DNA of 64,000 nt from Folioceros fuciformis (lineage: Eukaryota): positions 1-64,000 of the forward strand of contig JBNGIO010005439.1 in assembly GCA_049999805.1 (NCBI GenBank), written 5' to 3'. The notes under the pieces were generated by a model. That model saw nothing but the letters and a program-made list of their open reading frames with translations, searched no databases and was not told the DNA's origin. Below are positions 49,506 to 62,500 of the stretch, in pieces. The number at the start of each line of letters is the position of its first letter. Position 1 is the stretch's first letter. Both the position numbers and the translations under genes were made by a program.

Positions 49506-49914
49506 GTACAATGCACAAACACGTTTATGGTTTTATAGCCAAACCTATAACAGAAGAAGTTGTCTAGGTAACTTTGGAGGCGCTCATTTTCGTAAGAAGA
49601 TAATTTTTTGTGTTTTCTTGCCTTCAACTTTGTATATACCACCTCCGGAGTATATTCTAAAAATTCCATACTTTAAATTTCACACCTAGATGAGTATATA
49701 TCTTACACCAAAAGGTTTCCTCAATCGAGTTGCAACTGTTTACTTAATCAAGGAAACATCTACAAATCTTGATGTATTAGCTTTACTTCCAAACGTTTAG
49801 GTTTGCAAAGGTTACTTAGAATTGCGATAAGAAAGACTCCTCTTTCCTACAAGAATAACCGTAAACTCATACATAGTTAGAAAAATAAAATTACAAATCG
49901 ATCTATCGTTGAAG

Positions 49915-50035
49915 GTCAAGTGTGGAAGGAGGAAGGGTCAACCAACAAGAGCTTTGCTAACATAGAATGTAGAAGGTCCAGGTATGGAAGAAGGATGGGT
50001 CAACCAACAAGAGCTTTGCTAGTGTAGAATGCAGG
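49915..50035. repeat. 62-bp tandem duplication
   Basis: gggtcaaccaacaagagctttgcta at 49935 and 49997. Confidence 0.85.
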
Positions 50036-52108
50036 TCTTTGTAGTTCTATGTTGGATATTGTGAGATTTGCTAGTATTTATACTCTTGTGGGCACTCCCA
50101 AACCTAAACCCTAAAATATATTACTAGCATTAACTACTTAATTTTTATATTTATTATGATATTTCCTTAGTTTACTAAATATACCATTAAATAAGATGAA
50201 ATAAAACATAGAAAAATCTCATATCATTTTTTTTTTTTTTTTGTCGCATGATGATTTGTATCTTTCACACCCACTACAAAAAAATGGGGAGGCTTAGTAA
50301 TGCTTCTTTGCAACATTTTTTAGTAGTTTTGTAACCACTTTTGTTTTTTTTAATGGCTTTATAACACTTCAAGTTTAAACACCAAACCAATGGAAAGTGT
50401 TACAATCAACATGTTTCAATCCCTTGGTTATTGTGCTTTTTCTTTGGAGGTAGGTATCGTATTAAGTTTGGTGAGCTTTTCTTTCCAAGGAAGTAGGCAT
50501 TGTATTGGTTTCCAAGAGCTAGGCTTGTTAAGGAAGAAGGCATTGTATTGGCATCTATTGTTGGTTGCACTATATGTGATGGCTGATCGTGTGAGTAGGC
50601 TATGTGAACAGGAGCATGTCTGGGAGGCTGTTGAGAGCATGGGATTTGTGTTGTGTTGTGCCAAAAGCTCTATCATTGTCCTTACGAAATGTGCAACTAA
50701 GAAGGTAGGGTCTTGATTGAGATTGGTGGGTCCATGCTTTCATCACAAAAGTGGATTATGAAGCAGATAAGTTCCTCTACATTCACATCCTTATATTGGC
50801 ATCCAAGAGCTAGGCTTGTGCAAGAAGCATGCATTATGTTGGCTTTGGTGAGCTAGGCTTGTCGAGGATAGCTATGGCAATATAAGACATAAGTGACCTA
50901 TGAAGAGGATATTATGACAATTATGTTGGGTTGATAGAAATCAACGACTATTATCTAGCTCTTTTTTGTTGTTTTTGTGTATTTAAAGCTTTCAGTTAGT
51001 GGCAATGAAAGTGAGGATTGTTGTCAGTCCTTTTTTTTTACCCTTGCTTCTGGTACTTTTGGGCATTGCTGTTTGGTCGTGTGCTATTGTGTGCTTCGGC
51101 TTCTATTTGAAAGATTTATTATAATATTACATCATCAGTTACTAAAGATATTATGTTGCAACTTTGTATCGGCAAATAGGGTCTAGAGAAAAAGGGGTAT
51201 GTATGCAAAGTGCGGCAATATAGAATACTGAGATGGTCAAGGGATTTTTCATAGAATGTTTTGCCCCTCTGTATACGATCCAAATGCCTGGACGTCACAA
51301 CCTACCCACATCAGTAGTTGGCAACTATTTAGGTGTCTCGATAGAGACAACCTAGCGTGTACTTAGGGGTTTCATAACTTTTTAGCAACTGTCACATGTT
51401 TTTGTTTCTGACACGTCTCTGTCCCTCGCTCACGTATTTTGTTTTTTTAGGGTTTACAGTTCCTTGCAAACCTGGCTATGTTTAGTACCGAGGAAGACTA
51501 CATGGAGGTGTCGCTTACCACTCACTTTGCGCTATCTTCACATCCCTAGCCATCACACCCCCGACCGTTGTACATTGTTGAAGGGGATGTTTTTGTCCAT
51601 CTCCACAGCACACCGCCTTGAGGGGGGTTTTAGGGGTTTAGCTCAAGGGGATGCCCCTTCGTTCATTCCCGTGTATCGCAACACAAGTGATTGCAAGCAG
51701 ATCTCTGCTATAGCACATTCTTCTCACATATTGTACATAGCCACGTCATAGGGCCCACCTCAGTATGGTATACCATATTATTTTTTCCTCTATGCATCAA
51801 GGTTGTGCACCGATGAGAAGGGTTTTTTTTAGGGTTCATGCATGACATCGCACTTCATTAGTTAATAATCCATGGTTGGAATAGCTTACCTAAGATTTTC
51901 AAAATAAGTTGATCCAAAATCAAAATGTGTGGAAGAGGCATGAAGATTTGTTTGTACTTTATAAAAGCTTTGATTTGCCAAGATCCAAGGCACATGGAAT
52001 TTCTTGGAAATTTGGGTTCTTGTCATCAAGATCTGTTATTGCATGGAAGTGTGGCAATGTAGCATTGATGCTCCACATTAACATTATTGTTTCGTGTTCC
52101 TCAAGGTT

Positions 52109-52375
52109 TTATGTTTTCATCTTCCACTTTCTTTTAATCACTTCTAGAAGGCTATAGTTGTTTCTCACTTCGATAGCCACTTCATTCCAATATCTTTTGA
52201 TAAGGTTATCTTTGTTTAGATGCACAAGGTGCATATGATGATAGGCTTCTATTAAGGCAGTTGTTACATCTTCACTCCAAATAAAGCTGGTATCGTGATT
52301 GAACTTAGTTTCGATATTTTTATTCATTCGAACAAGGTCATTCTTGTGGTCTTCAAAGACCTCTTCATTCTCCAT
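52109..52375 (-). pseudogene. Myb/SANT-like (trihelix/MADF-type) domain remnant
   Basis: WSEDVTTALIEAY...LNKDNLIKRYWNEVAIEV resembles the first helices of trihelix/Harbinger Myb-like domains. The ORF stops before the domain is complete. Confidence 0.55.
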
Positions 52376-52810
52376 AGAGATAAGATGTTCTCTAAAATAA
52401 TTTATTGGGTGAAGTCTTCCAATTTCTTTGGTTATGAAAATGCCTTGCCACAGACAACAAACCTCGCTCGCTCTATCTTTCTAGCTCCAAGACCAAAACA
52501 AACCCACATATTGTTCTTCCAAGTAGCCCATTGGTTGATCTTGTACCTAAATCAAGGTTTGAAGCTTTACAAGAAATACGATTGAGGACAAGGAGATTGA
52601 GCATCTAAGATCTCCTTGCATTCACCCTCCATCACCACTAGGTTGGACTTCTTTTGATGAAGTTCACCAACACAGTTTTGACATAGCTCGTGATTGTTTC
52701 TAGCCACTTGTTGCATTAGGCTAGACCTTCTTTGATAAAGTTCACCACCATAGTTTCTCTTGAAGCTGTATAGCGAATCTATTTCATCCTCTTTATATTT
52801 TCATGTATTA

Positions 52811-52841
<31 letters not shown>

Positions 52842-53409
52842 AATATAGTAATGAGTAGAAAATAATAATATAAGTGATACAATATAAGCTGTCTTTCAGG
52901 ACAACACGCCTTTATGTCTCTACAAAGACCTCGTGTGAACAAGTTTACAAATTGGCAAGTGCAAATCAAGTTGCTTTATCATCTCTAATACCAAGTGGGC
53001 CCTTGATTTATATCAAATCATAACATCCTTGGGTAATCAGGTAGGTTCTTAGTTTATCTCTAATCACAACATGCTTGGGATGATAGTATCTAAAAAAGTG
53101 ATATTCCAAGGACAAGTTTGCTTGTGGCTCATAAGGGTTTTTCTTGTAGTTGGAGCAGATTGGTTTCTATCTCTCATTTCAATAAATATTAGCTAAATAA
53201 TAACAATTATATGAATATTCTAACTTAAATTTGAGATAAATCTTGAGGAAAGGAATATAGATGAAGCGTAAGACTAACATTGCAAACCCTAAGTGGACGT
53301 GGGACCGCATAAAAAATCTACACGAACGGACGAAATGGTGTGCCCTAACATGAGGAGCGAGGGATCAGCGTTGGATAGACGATCGGACGGCTGACAGGTA
53401 GCCGCCGAG

Positions 53410-53809
53410 NNNNNNNNNNNNNNNNNNNNNNNNNNNNNNNNNNNNNNNNNNNNNNNNNNNNNNNNNNNNNNNNNNNNNNNNNNNNNNNNNNNNNNNNNNN
53501 NNNNNNNNNNNNNNNNNNNNNNNNNNNNNNNNNNNNNNNNNNNNNNNNNNNNNNNNNNNNNNNNNNNNNNNNNNNNNNNNNNNNNNNNNNNNNNNNNNNN
53601 NNNNNNNNNNNNNNNNNNNNNNNNNNNNNNNNNNNNNNNNNNNNNNNNNNNNNNNNNNNNNNNNNNNNNNNNNNNNNNNNNNNNNNNNNNNNNNNNNNNN
53701 NNNNNNNNNNNNNNNNNNNNNNNNNNNNNNNNNNNNNNNNNNNNNNNNNNNNNNNNNNNNNNNNNNNNNNNNNNNNNNNNNNNNNNNNNNNNNNNNNNNN
53801 NNNNNNNNN
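53410..53809. other. Assembly gap (400 N)
   Basis: Run of N just upstream of eIF5A. Confidence 1.
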
Positions 53810-53857
53810 GGGCAAGCGGGGCGGAGCGGGGAGGACCAGCGCAGTGCGTCGGCCACG

Positions 53858-54714
53858 ATGTCTGACGATGATCACCATTTCGATTCGAAGGCCGATGCTG
53901 GCGCCTCTAAGACCTACCCTCAGCAGGCCGGCACAATTCGCAAGAACGCTTACATCGTCATAAAGCAGCGTCCGTGCAAGGTGAGGTTTCGGTCGGATTG
54001 GTTCACCCGGCTCCGAACTCAATGATCACTTCCTGCCGTGGTGTCTTCGCCTGACTCGAGTTTGTTGCTGCATGGACGTAGGTCGTGGAAGTTTCCACCT
54101 CCAAGACTGGCAAGCATGGCCACGCCAAGTGCCACTTCGTCGGTATCGACATCTTCACTGGGAAGAAACTGGAGGATATCGTCCCTTCCTCTCACAATTG
54201 TGATGTGAGTAGGTTACTAAGCGCTTGGATGTTGTGGTCGGTGCTGACTACAGCTGTGTAAGCCACCGTCGTGATGCCGCTATGATGCTTTTGCAGGTTC
54301 CCGAGGTGTTTCGCACTGACTACCAGCTTATTGACATCTCCGAGGATGGCTTTGTGAGTTGTCGCGTCTCTTTTAGTGCTGTGCATTTTTCTTATTTTGG
54401 TCTCCCGCCTTCTGCTTACGAGGTGCCGACTGTCGGATCTCAGGTGAGTCTGCTTACTGAGAACGGCGAAACCAAGGATGACTTGCGCCTGCCAACCGAC
54501 GACCAGCTTCTTACGCAAGTGAGTACGCTAATCCTGTGTTGTCTTCTGTATGACTGGTTGTGGCTTGATCCGTCGTTGAAGCTGACGAGGTTCCACCTGT
54601 TATCCTCAGATCAAGGACGGATTCGGTGAGGGAAAGGACCTTGTTGTGACTGTGATGTCCGCCATGGGCGAGGAGCAGATCTGTGCCCTGAAGGATATTG
54701 GCCCGAAGAACTAG
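53858..54714 (+). CDS. eIF5A: Eukaryotic translation initiation factor 5A (5 coding exons)
   Basis: [25 protein letters not shown], hypusination motif [13 protein letters not shown]-terminus [18 protein letters not shown]. Confidence 0.97.
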
Positions 54715-56068
54715 GGTGGGGTCCTGTAGTTTGCCGTGACCGTGATGCCTGTGGATGCAAAGATCATGCAAGTAGCATTCTTGTGTACAAGATTGTCCCG
54801 GAAGTGGGCCGCTTTTCATGGTGCTGAGGAAGGGGAGGGAAAACGCTTTGGCTCCGAAGGTCGGCTTCATGTGTGCAGAAGGCAGCGTGGCCAGGATACC
54901 TGGACCTGCTCACCTGAGATTGTTAGTTGGAAGGCAGGCCTGGCTCTCTTTGCCCGAAAGTAGTGAGTCACAGTGGACACCCAGGGTGTATATTTGTCTT
55001 GAGAGAGAACGCCGACTCGGGAGCCGCTGTGTTAATTATGCCTCAGCATCTATGGGATAGGGTTTATCTACTACCTAGTAGTATGTGCAGAGGTCGACTT
55101 TCGACTCTTAGATTTTTGTGGAGGATTGCGAAGAGTACGGTGGCGGTTGAGCAATAAACAGCTTGGTAGGTTTTGATCTCTTGCGTTGTTTTAATTACAT
55201 AGCACTCGTTTGTGCTGGATCCCTGGCCCCTAGTCCCCCAGGTCCCTGCCCCGACGTCTTCTGCTTTACCTGCTTGTCGTGGTCCGTGAAACAATCCCCA
55301 AAAGGCTGAAAGCCCTCCGAACAGAGTTGTGGACCACTTGGTGCACACGGATGAGGCAGGTAGCCATGATCTGGACCGTGGGACCTGCCGAAAGTCCTTG
55401 TGGCCAGCTGGGAGGGGCGCCAGTATGCGCGGACGTGCGGACCCACCGAGGACGACCGGTCGCCGATCACGGTCGTCGGTGCCATGTGCCATTTGTCCAG
55501 GGACAGAGGGCAGTAGTGTATATCGGCAGGCAAGCCGCCACACTATCCAGCCAGCCAGCCGGCCTGCCTGCCTTCTGCCCAGGCAGCCTTCGTTGTGTAG
55601 CATTTTCAAGCCTTGGCCGGAACAGCTGCCACAATCACGCGTTGCCGACTTCTTCTAACCTTCTGCTTCTGCGAATTCCCTGGCTTCACACTCCTCTCCA
55701 TCGTCTTTCATTTCTTCAGGTAGCTACGACTACAGCTTCCATCCGGGGCCAATCTTAGAGGGCACTGCTGGTCGTTGTCTAGGATAGTTCAAGCATCTGT
55801 GTGTTGTGAGTTGTTTAGACAGAAAGGCTGCGTTCTTGACTCCGTCTGGTGACATCATCCCAAGCTAAGCAGATTCTTGGGATTCTTGGAGGTGGCTGCC
55901 TCTCAAACGAATCTTTGTGATATCGCATTGTTGGCTTGGGGTGCCCCGTTGTAGTGCTTGTCGCTCTGGATCTGTCGTGGAGAAGGTGCTGCCAGTGGCT
56001 GCCGCCCCTAATGCCTGGCCTTTCTTTTTTCCAGACAAGGAATTGGAATCTACGCAGCAGCCTCCATC

Positions 56069-56887
56069 ATGCCAGAGGAAACAGCGGCAGTGGCCGCTGA
56101 CCCAGCCCCAGCCGGGGGACCTTTTACTCCGTCTCCAACTCCAGTTGGAGTGCCTCCGGCGGAGGTCGAGAAACCGAAGGAGGAGCCTCCTAAAGCCAAA
56201 GAAGTGGAGGCTCCCACACCTGCACCGGAGGCTGCCAAACCCAAGGACGAAGCTCCGGCTGCATCCCCGCCGGTCAAAGTCGTGCTTCCGCCATCAACCG
56301 TGAACGAAGGGGCTGGTGCCAAAGCAAGGGAGGCTGCCGTGGACAAGTTGAAAAAGGAGAAGACCCTTGCGTTCATTACGGCTTGGGAGGAGGAGGAGAA
56401 GGCCAAGGCCATCAACAGGCGAGTGCTAGCTAAAAAGCCACTCTTCCTTGGGACGCGTGCTACGGGAATTTCCGAGTGCTGAAAGGCGCGTCTCCCGTTA
56501 CGCTGTGCAGGGCCAAGGCTAAGGAGGAAAAGATTGAGGCTAAGGAGAATGCCAAGAAAGCCACTGCCGAGGCCAAACTGAAGAGGGCAGAGGCAAGCCT
56601 GAAGATCAGATCCTGTTTTTGCACCGGTTTACTGCCTTTCCGCGTGAGTAAGATCTTGATTGCTAATCCGCGTTGGTTTGCTGTACGCTTTACAGGAAGC
56701 TTTGGAGAAGAAGCGAGCCAAGTTGGTAGAGGTTATGAAGAACAAGGTTGCACACTATCACAGGACGGCTGTGGAAGCGAAAGCTGGCGTAGAAGCTGAA
56801 AAGCAGCAGCTTCTCGTCCTGCTCGATGAAAAGGCCGAGAAGATGCGTGTTCAAGGGACAGTGCCAAAGAAATTTGGCTGCTTCTAG
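56069..56887 (+). CDS. Group-1-like remorin
   Basis: Pro/Ala-rich N-terminus, AFITAWEEEEKAKAINR, LEKKRAKLVEVMKNKVA coiled coil, C-terminal anchor PKKFGCF. Exons 56069-56418, 56511-56592 and 56696-56887. Confidence 0.92.
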
Positions 56888-57792
56888 ATGTGCTCTAGAA
56901 CCCGCCTATAACTTAGTGTACTCTCTGCCTTGTAGTCATGTCATTCTTTGGACGATCCAGATTGTTTGTCCACGACAAATGTCAATCCGATTACAGTCTC
57001 CACTTCACCTTCCCCCGTGCTGAATTGAGCGTGATGCAAATGCAACCCACATGTCAAGCGTGCGGAAAACAGCAAAGCTTGGGCATCCGGAATACCAATT
57101 TTTTGCAGGAGTGATGTAGCGGCCTAGTCCAGGAAAATCTGAAATCTGTATCTAGTGTATGTGGAGGAAATTTCTTCCTTTTTGTTTTTTTTTCTTCTTT
57201 CTTCCTTCCTGGATGTACTTGAAGTGGTTCATTTGGAGGAATATTCAAGTCCAGTAAATTGGTTTGAGATTCTGGTTCGAGGTAGCCTAACCCCCGGTTT
57301 AGGAACAGGTGGCCCCTGCTGTACCAGGCTTCCGGTGGTCAGTGTCCTGATGCCGGAAAGACTGGACCGGAAATTATGAGCGCTAGCGTCCTACAGCTCC
57401 CTCACAACAACGCAGCATAAAGAGACAACAACGCAACCTCGAGAGCGTAGTGGAGCTGCCCTGTCCGCCACCGCCTAAGTCCTCCGTTCTCTCCCAGTGC
57501 CTCGTTCTCCTCTTCGTGCACAACATCGCCTATTTTCAGTTCTGTGGACACTGGCAGACAGCGGAGAAGCAAATAGGGCAGGGCTTTCGTCAGTCACAGG
57601 TGTGTTATTGCAGCATCGCGAGCGTATTCCTTTCATCGCCATGGCATTGTTTCTAGCTGTCCACTGTGCTTTGTAGAGTGAGAGTGAAGTCGTTTTTGGG
57701 GTGTCGCTGCCACCCATGTGCAGGAGCTGCAAAGGGTGCTCGGACCTGAAACAGTGCCACATTGGTGGCAAGAGAGAAGACTCGCAAGGAGG

Positions 57793-59013
57793 ATGGGGCT
57801 CGTAATATCCCTTGTTTCGACCGTGAATTCTTATGCCGGGTGAGTGTGGGGTTCGGTGTGTGGTCCGTGGTGGTGATGGCGGAAGGGGTGCCAAGACGGG
57901 TTGGATGAAGAGGCTCATGCTTGGTCCGTTTAGCTTGCCGGGAATCGCTCGTGATATGGTGTGTTTCCATAGGTGTAATGCATTCCGGCAGCTTGGCATA
58001 GTAGGGCAATATGTCCTCTGGGTGGTGGTGGTGTGGAGGCAAACATAGCTGTGTGCCGTAGCCTGGAATGCTTTTTAACACTCTGGTGCTATGGCTGACC
58101 GCCCTCCGCTTGTTTGTGTGCAGGCCACTTGTGATGCTTCTGTATCCACTGTAAGTTGAGGAGTACGGAGTTGTTGCCCGCAATATCCTGTTGCTTTGGT
58201 TGAGCGGATTCTAGGCAGAGTCCGTTACGCTTCGGGTTTTCGTTTTGCTGCAGGTACGCATCCATTTTGGCCATTGAGAGCCCCCTGAAAGAGGATGACC
58301 AGCAGTGGCTAACGTACTGGGTGCTCTACTCCTTGACTGCGCTATTCGAGCTTGGAGCCGGGCCGATTCTTGATTGGTACGCAAGCTTTAAGTACTCAAC
58401 CTCCCTACCCCGAAACCCGAAACACGTTTCATATTGCTCAGCTTCATGTTCGTGTTCTTGCAGGATACCCTTCTGGACCACGATCAAATTGATTGGTGCA
58501 TGTTGGTTGGTGCTCCCGCAATTTCATGGTGCTGGTCTCCTCTACGAGTTGTACGTCAGACCATTTTTCTACCAACACCGAGGGGAGCTGCGGAAGGTTG
58601 ACACTTATTTCAGCGTGGGAAACCGGCGTCTTGTGCAAGCAATGGGTGACGATGCACGCAACACTGCAGCCCAGTTCATCAACCAGAATGGTCACGAGGC
58701 ATTTGAGAGGATCATTGCTGCCGTAAGTTGAGCTACCTTACGCTACTGCGTACACATCTGTCGACACAGTTTCTGGTTACCAGCAATTGCTGTTGAGTCT
58801 GTGTACAGGATTATCTGGACCATATGAGTGGATTAACCCTCTAAGGAAACGGACATGTGAGTGGATTTGTCTTCCTGAATGCAGGCGTGCCGAGAAGCTA
58901 CAAAAGGCAAGTCACCTGAGAGGTCCCCTGAAGTCAAGGAGAAGAAGTCCCACTTCTGGTCGCATTCACCGGACAAGGACAAAAGAGCTCACACTGTTTG
59001 GGGATACTCCTGA
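57793..59013 (+). CDS. HVA22/REEP(Yop1)-family protein
   Basis: MGLVISLVSTVNSYAG/PLVMLLYPL/YASILAIESPLKEDDQQWLTYWVLYS...CWLVLPQFHGA; five exons with GT-AG introns. Confidence 0.92.
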
Positions 59014-59580
59014 AAAGCAGGTACTGACTTCTACAATTTTGAACATCAGACTTAAATTTTCCGAGCAGATAAGAGAGGGCCTTTCGTGTATGTATAATTT
59101 ATCTATAATGGCTATTTTGTCAGCCACCTCAAGGGGTGAAATCAAAATGTCCTTAGTACGACTTTTTTTAATTTGTGCTTTCACTTACTCCAATTTTTTA
59201 TATGGTGAAAACTGTAAATCTTAATATTAACAAGAAGGTATACAACGAGTCTATTTTTGTGTAAGGAGACATTATTTCACGCACTGCACTGTCAAGTCCC
59301 AGTACCCCGTCTGTTGCTCCACTGTCGCAGCACCTCAAGTAAATGAAAAACTCGGACACAAAAAAAATTTCTTGTCACGCTGTGTCAACAGGCTCTACTC
59401 CTCCTCGACCGAGTCACCAACGCTGCAGCATTAAGCACGAAACAGGTGAGTGACGACGCAATGACACCTAAGCACAAAAGTAGGTAGCTGGAAACCCGAT
59501 TGCCAAAGGTGAAATCAAACCAGGTGATGGCGGCTGCAATTGGATGCTCGTAGGCGGGTCCGAATCCTCAAGAGAAGTTC

Positions 59581-62500
59581 CTAATCTTGCTGACCGCCTG
59601 GTTCCTGTGAAACATCAAAATGCGCAAGCCTCGCGTGTGAAAGACGTTCATCGTTCCTAATTGATAACGATTTTCCACAAACAGATTTTGATTGTTTGAT
59701 TGGAAACGTACCAGGGGTAGTGGATGCAGCCACGACTTTAGTACGACCAATCTCGCCTGAAGCAGCTTCCCTCAACCTCGCTGACCTTCTAACTGACCCT
59801 GCAGACGGCACCTCTAGTATAAGGTCCTCTGGCAATACACGGGTGGAGATATGACTTTCAGCGGTAAGATTTCTCACGTCAAGACAAGTTACCTGGAGTT
59901 CCCGAAGACATTATGCCAATACTTCCGCTCACACCAGTTGCATCTTCCGGTAGAGTAGTACCTTTCTTATCCTGCATGATAGGGGGCAGAGAATCACATG
60001 GCATGTTGCATGCAAGGAATACAGGACCATGCTGTTACAACATGAAATGAGCTGCTGAGTGATTAAGGAAGAAGCATACCTTGCTGGAGGATCTGCGAAG
60101 TCTCCGGCCATATTTGTTGCTGCTCTCAGTCAGTCCTAGTCCGCTTTGTGAGCAAGTATCTTGTTCGGCACCCTCATCATCGATTTGCGTATCAGCCATC
60201 TCAGGAGCCACTGGCTGCAATGTCTCCGGCACGTGTTGGCCAGTTGGCGTAAATTCATGTGAAGACATAATCCTCTCTGTACCAAAGCTTGAAACCATCG
60301 GTTCCATCTGTATGCTGTAGCCAATCTCGATCGATGTCTGGTGTGCTACATGAACGATGCTTGACACCTGAGTGGGTAGCACAGTCATTTCAGAGTCTGC
60401 AGCTGATGCCCCTCCCTGCGTCACGCTGTGGATTAACGAGGACTTCACGGCCTCAAACGTTTCGTGGTTCTCAGATTCTACTGAAGTTTGTTTGTCAGCC
60501 TCAAGTGAGGTTGAATCGGTCTCCAGTTCCCGAGCTACCTTGTATGGTGTTCCCTTGCTTTTCCTCCGTCTACCCGCATTCCTGGTCTGAAGCAAACTGG
60601 GAGTACTCTTGGCAGCACTTCGTACTGATACAGGGACACGGACTTGGCCGCCCCGTGGAGAAGGAGTTCGCAAAATTACGGGAACATCGTTGAAATGAAC
60701 TCCTTTCTTGATCTTACTATCCTTGGGTGCTGTTGCTTTCCCAACATACAAGTGCAGGGGTGAATCTGGGTTTGGCAATTCCAGACCATTCTCAGCATAC
60801 CGCTTTTCCCTCGATTGGGCCCCATTCTTCCGCTCAGGATTGACCTGAACTGGGTCATCTGTTGATTTTCTCTCCCCTGATCCTCTCACCTCTGGCCAAA
60901 TAGTAGACTCCCGAAGACCCAGTTGCGAATGGGATGGAACAAGTTGTCTTTGGGCAGTGATTAATGATGGATTTGCAGAATCGTCATGCTCAACTCTTGC
61001 CTCCGAATTATCGCGAACCGTCACAAATGCTTGCCTGTACAACACATGACCTTGATTACAAGGTTTATCTTCAGCCACGGACCCCTCCTGTGTATTGACG
61101 GAGCACCTTATTTCTGCCTTGAGGTCGCCATCATTCCCGAAGGACGCAGTTGATAGCATGGAGCTCACGGATTGCACTCCTACAGCTAGATGCTCTTTCC
61201 TTAGTCCCATATCACAAGCCAACAGGGCACTTTCCCGCGCCACGTCAGTAGACTGAGAGTCACCCAAGTCAGGTTCTGTTGCATCTTCGTTCGTTTCAAG
61301 TTTACTATCCCCCTCTGTGCTGTCATCTTGTACGACGCTCGTTTGAAGCTGACCTACGGATGAGTCTCTCTGATCGAGACATCTGCCTTTCCTTGAGACC
61401 TGTGAACAACTGGAGATCTTCCTAGTTGTGCTGCCATGGGTGTCAGTCTCTTCAGATATCTCATGCGATGGTTCATTTTCCCTCTTTTCGAGGTCAGCAC
61501 AGATGTCGGAGGAGGCTATGGGCGAACAAGTATCCTCTATTTGTGTCTCACCAGCTTTAGCTTCAACCATGCTATCCGATCGGAACTCCTGGGTACTCGC
61601 CACGGGTTCAGCATTTTCAGACTCTGCAGGATGAGGGCTGGACGAGAGCTCAGGTCGAGCAGATGACTTAGTATGCCCACCTGCTGAGATCGTTGACCCA
61701 TTTGAAATAGTGCTTCCCAAGCTTTCATACAGAGAAATTGTCTCCCTATGGTTGCCAGATGTCTGGGGGTGCTTTTCTGTATATAATCTCAGGGCTCCAG
61801 AGAGTTCCGAGAATGGCTGCATCGGACATCAACTTCGTCAGACCTTTTGAGCATAGCCTACTCTTTATGAGAAGGGATGACTTTGCAACTGCTCTTGAGA
61901 CACAATGGACCGCCAGATATCAGTATGTTAAAACCACGACAGCAATGGCATTTCAAACGGGAAACATTACCTTTGCAGCACAATCAACTGCAAGACGAAA
62001 GAAGACCATGGCAGTCTCGTGCTTGCTCTCCACTTCTGCTATCTTGATTTGCGTGAGCCAATAAGATGCTGTTTCCAGAATGGAGAGTCCTGCTGCACAC
62101 CTTCCTTCAGCAACTTTCTGAGGACCCTTCTTTAAGTTTTTGCACTGAGTAGAGGATATCTTGGAAGCAGCCGTATGGCCAACTTGACCTCTTACTGCCG
62201 TCTTAAGTGGAGCTGGCGTTGACACACGTTCTGAGTTCCGTATGGAGGTGCCATGACTATCTGGCTTTGAAGGAGTTCTGAAATTCATAGATATGGAATT
62301 CCCACGACTTGCCGGTTCTCGAGCAACCTGTTGGGGTTTAAAACCTTTGTTGTCAATATTGACGCTTGGACCCTGGCCAGCAATATCAGGAGTCACACAC
62401 GTTGAAACGTCCTGTTTCTGTCTCGACACCTTTGACAGTGACTCCACATTGCCAAACTTGGAGGAGACCACACGAGATCCGCTAGCTCTGCCATGGAAAA

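Larger units (their letters stand above)
46600..53300. mobile_element. AT-rich island with tandem repeats and degenerate ORFs; probably transposon-derived
   Basis: Abrupt shift to AT-rich sequence between GC-richer host genes. Contains 67-bp and 62-bp tandem repeats, a Myb/SANT remnant and a SUV3 copy. No TIRs, LTRs or transposase were identified. Confidence 0.45.

Noticed and set aside
53345-54022. ORFs spanning N runs (also 2539-2934)
   Set aside because: Artefacts of assembly gaps; antisense to eIF5A or DnaJ.
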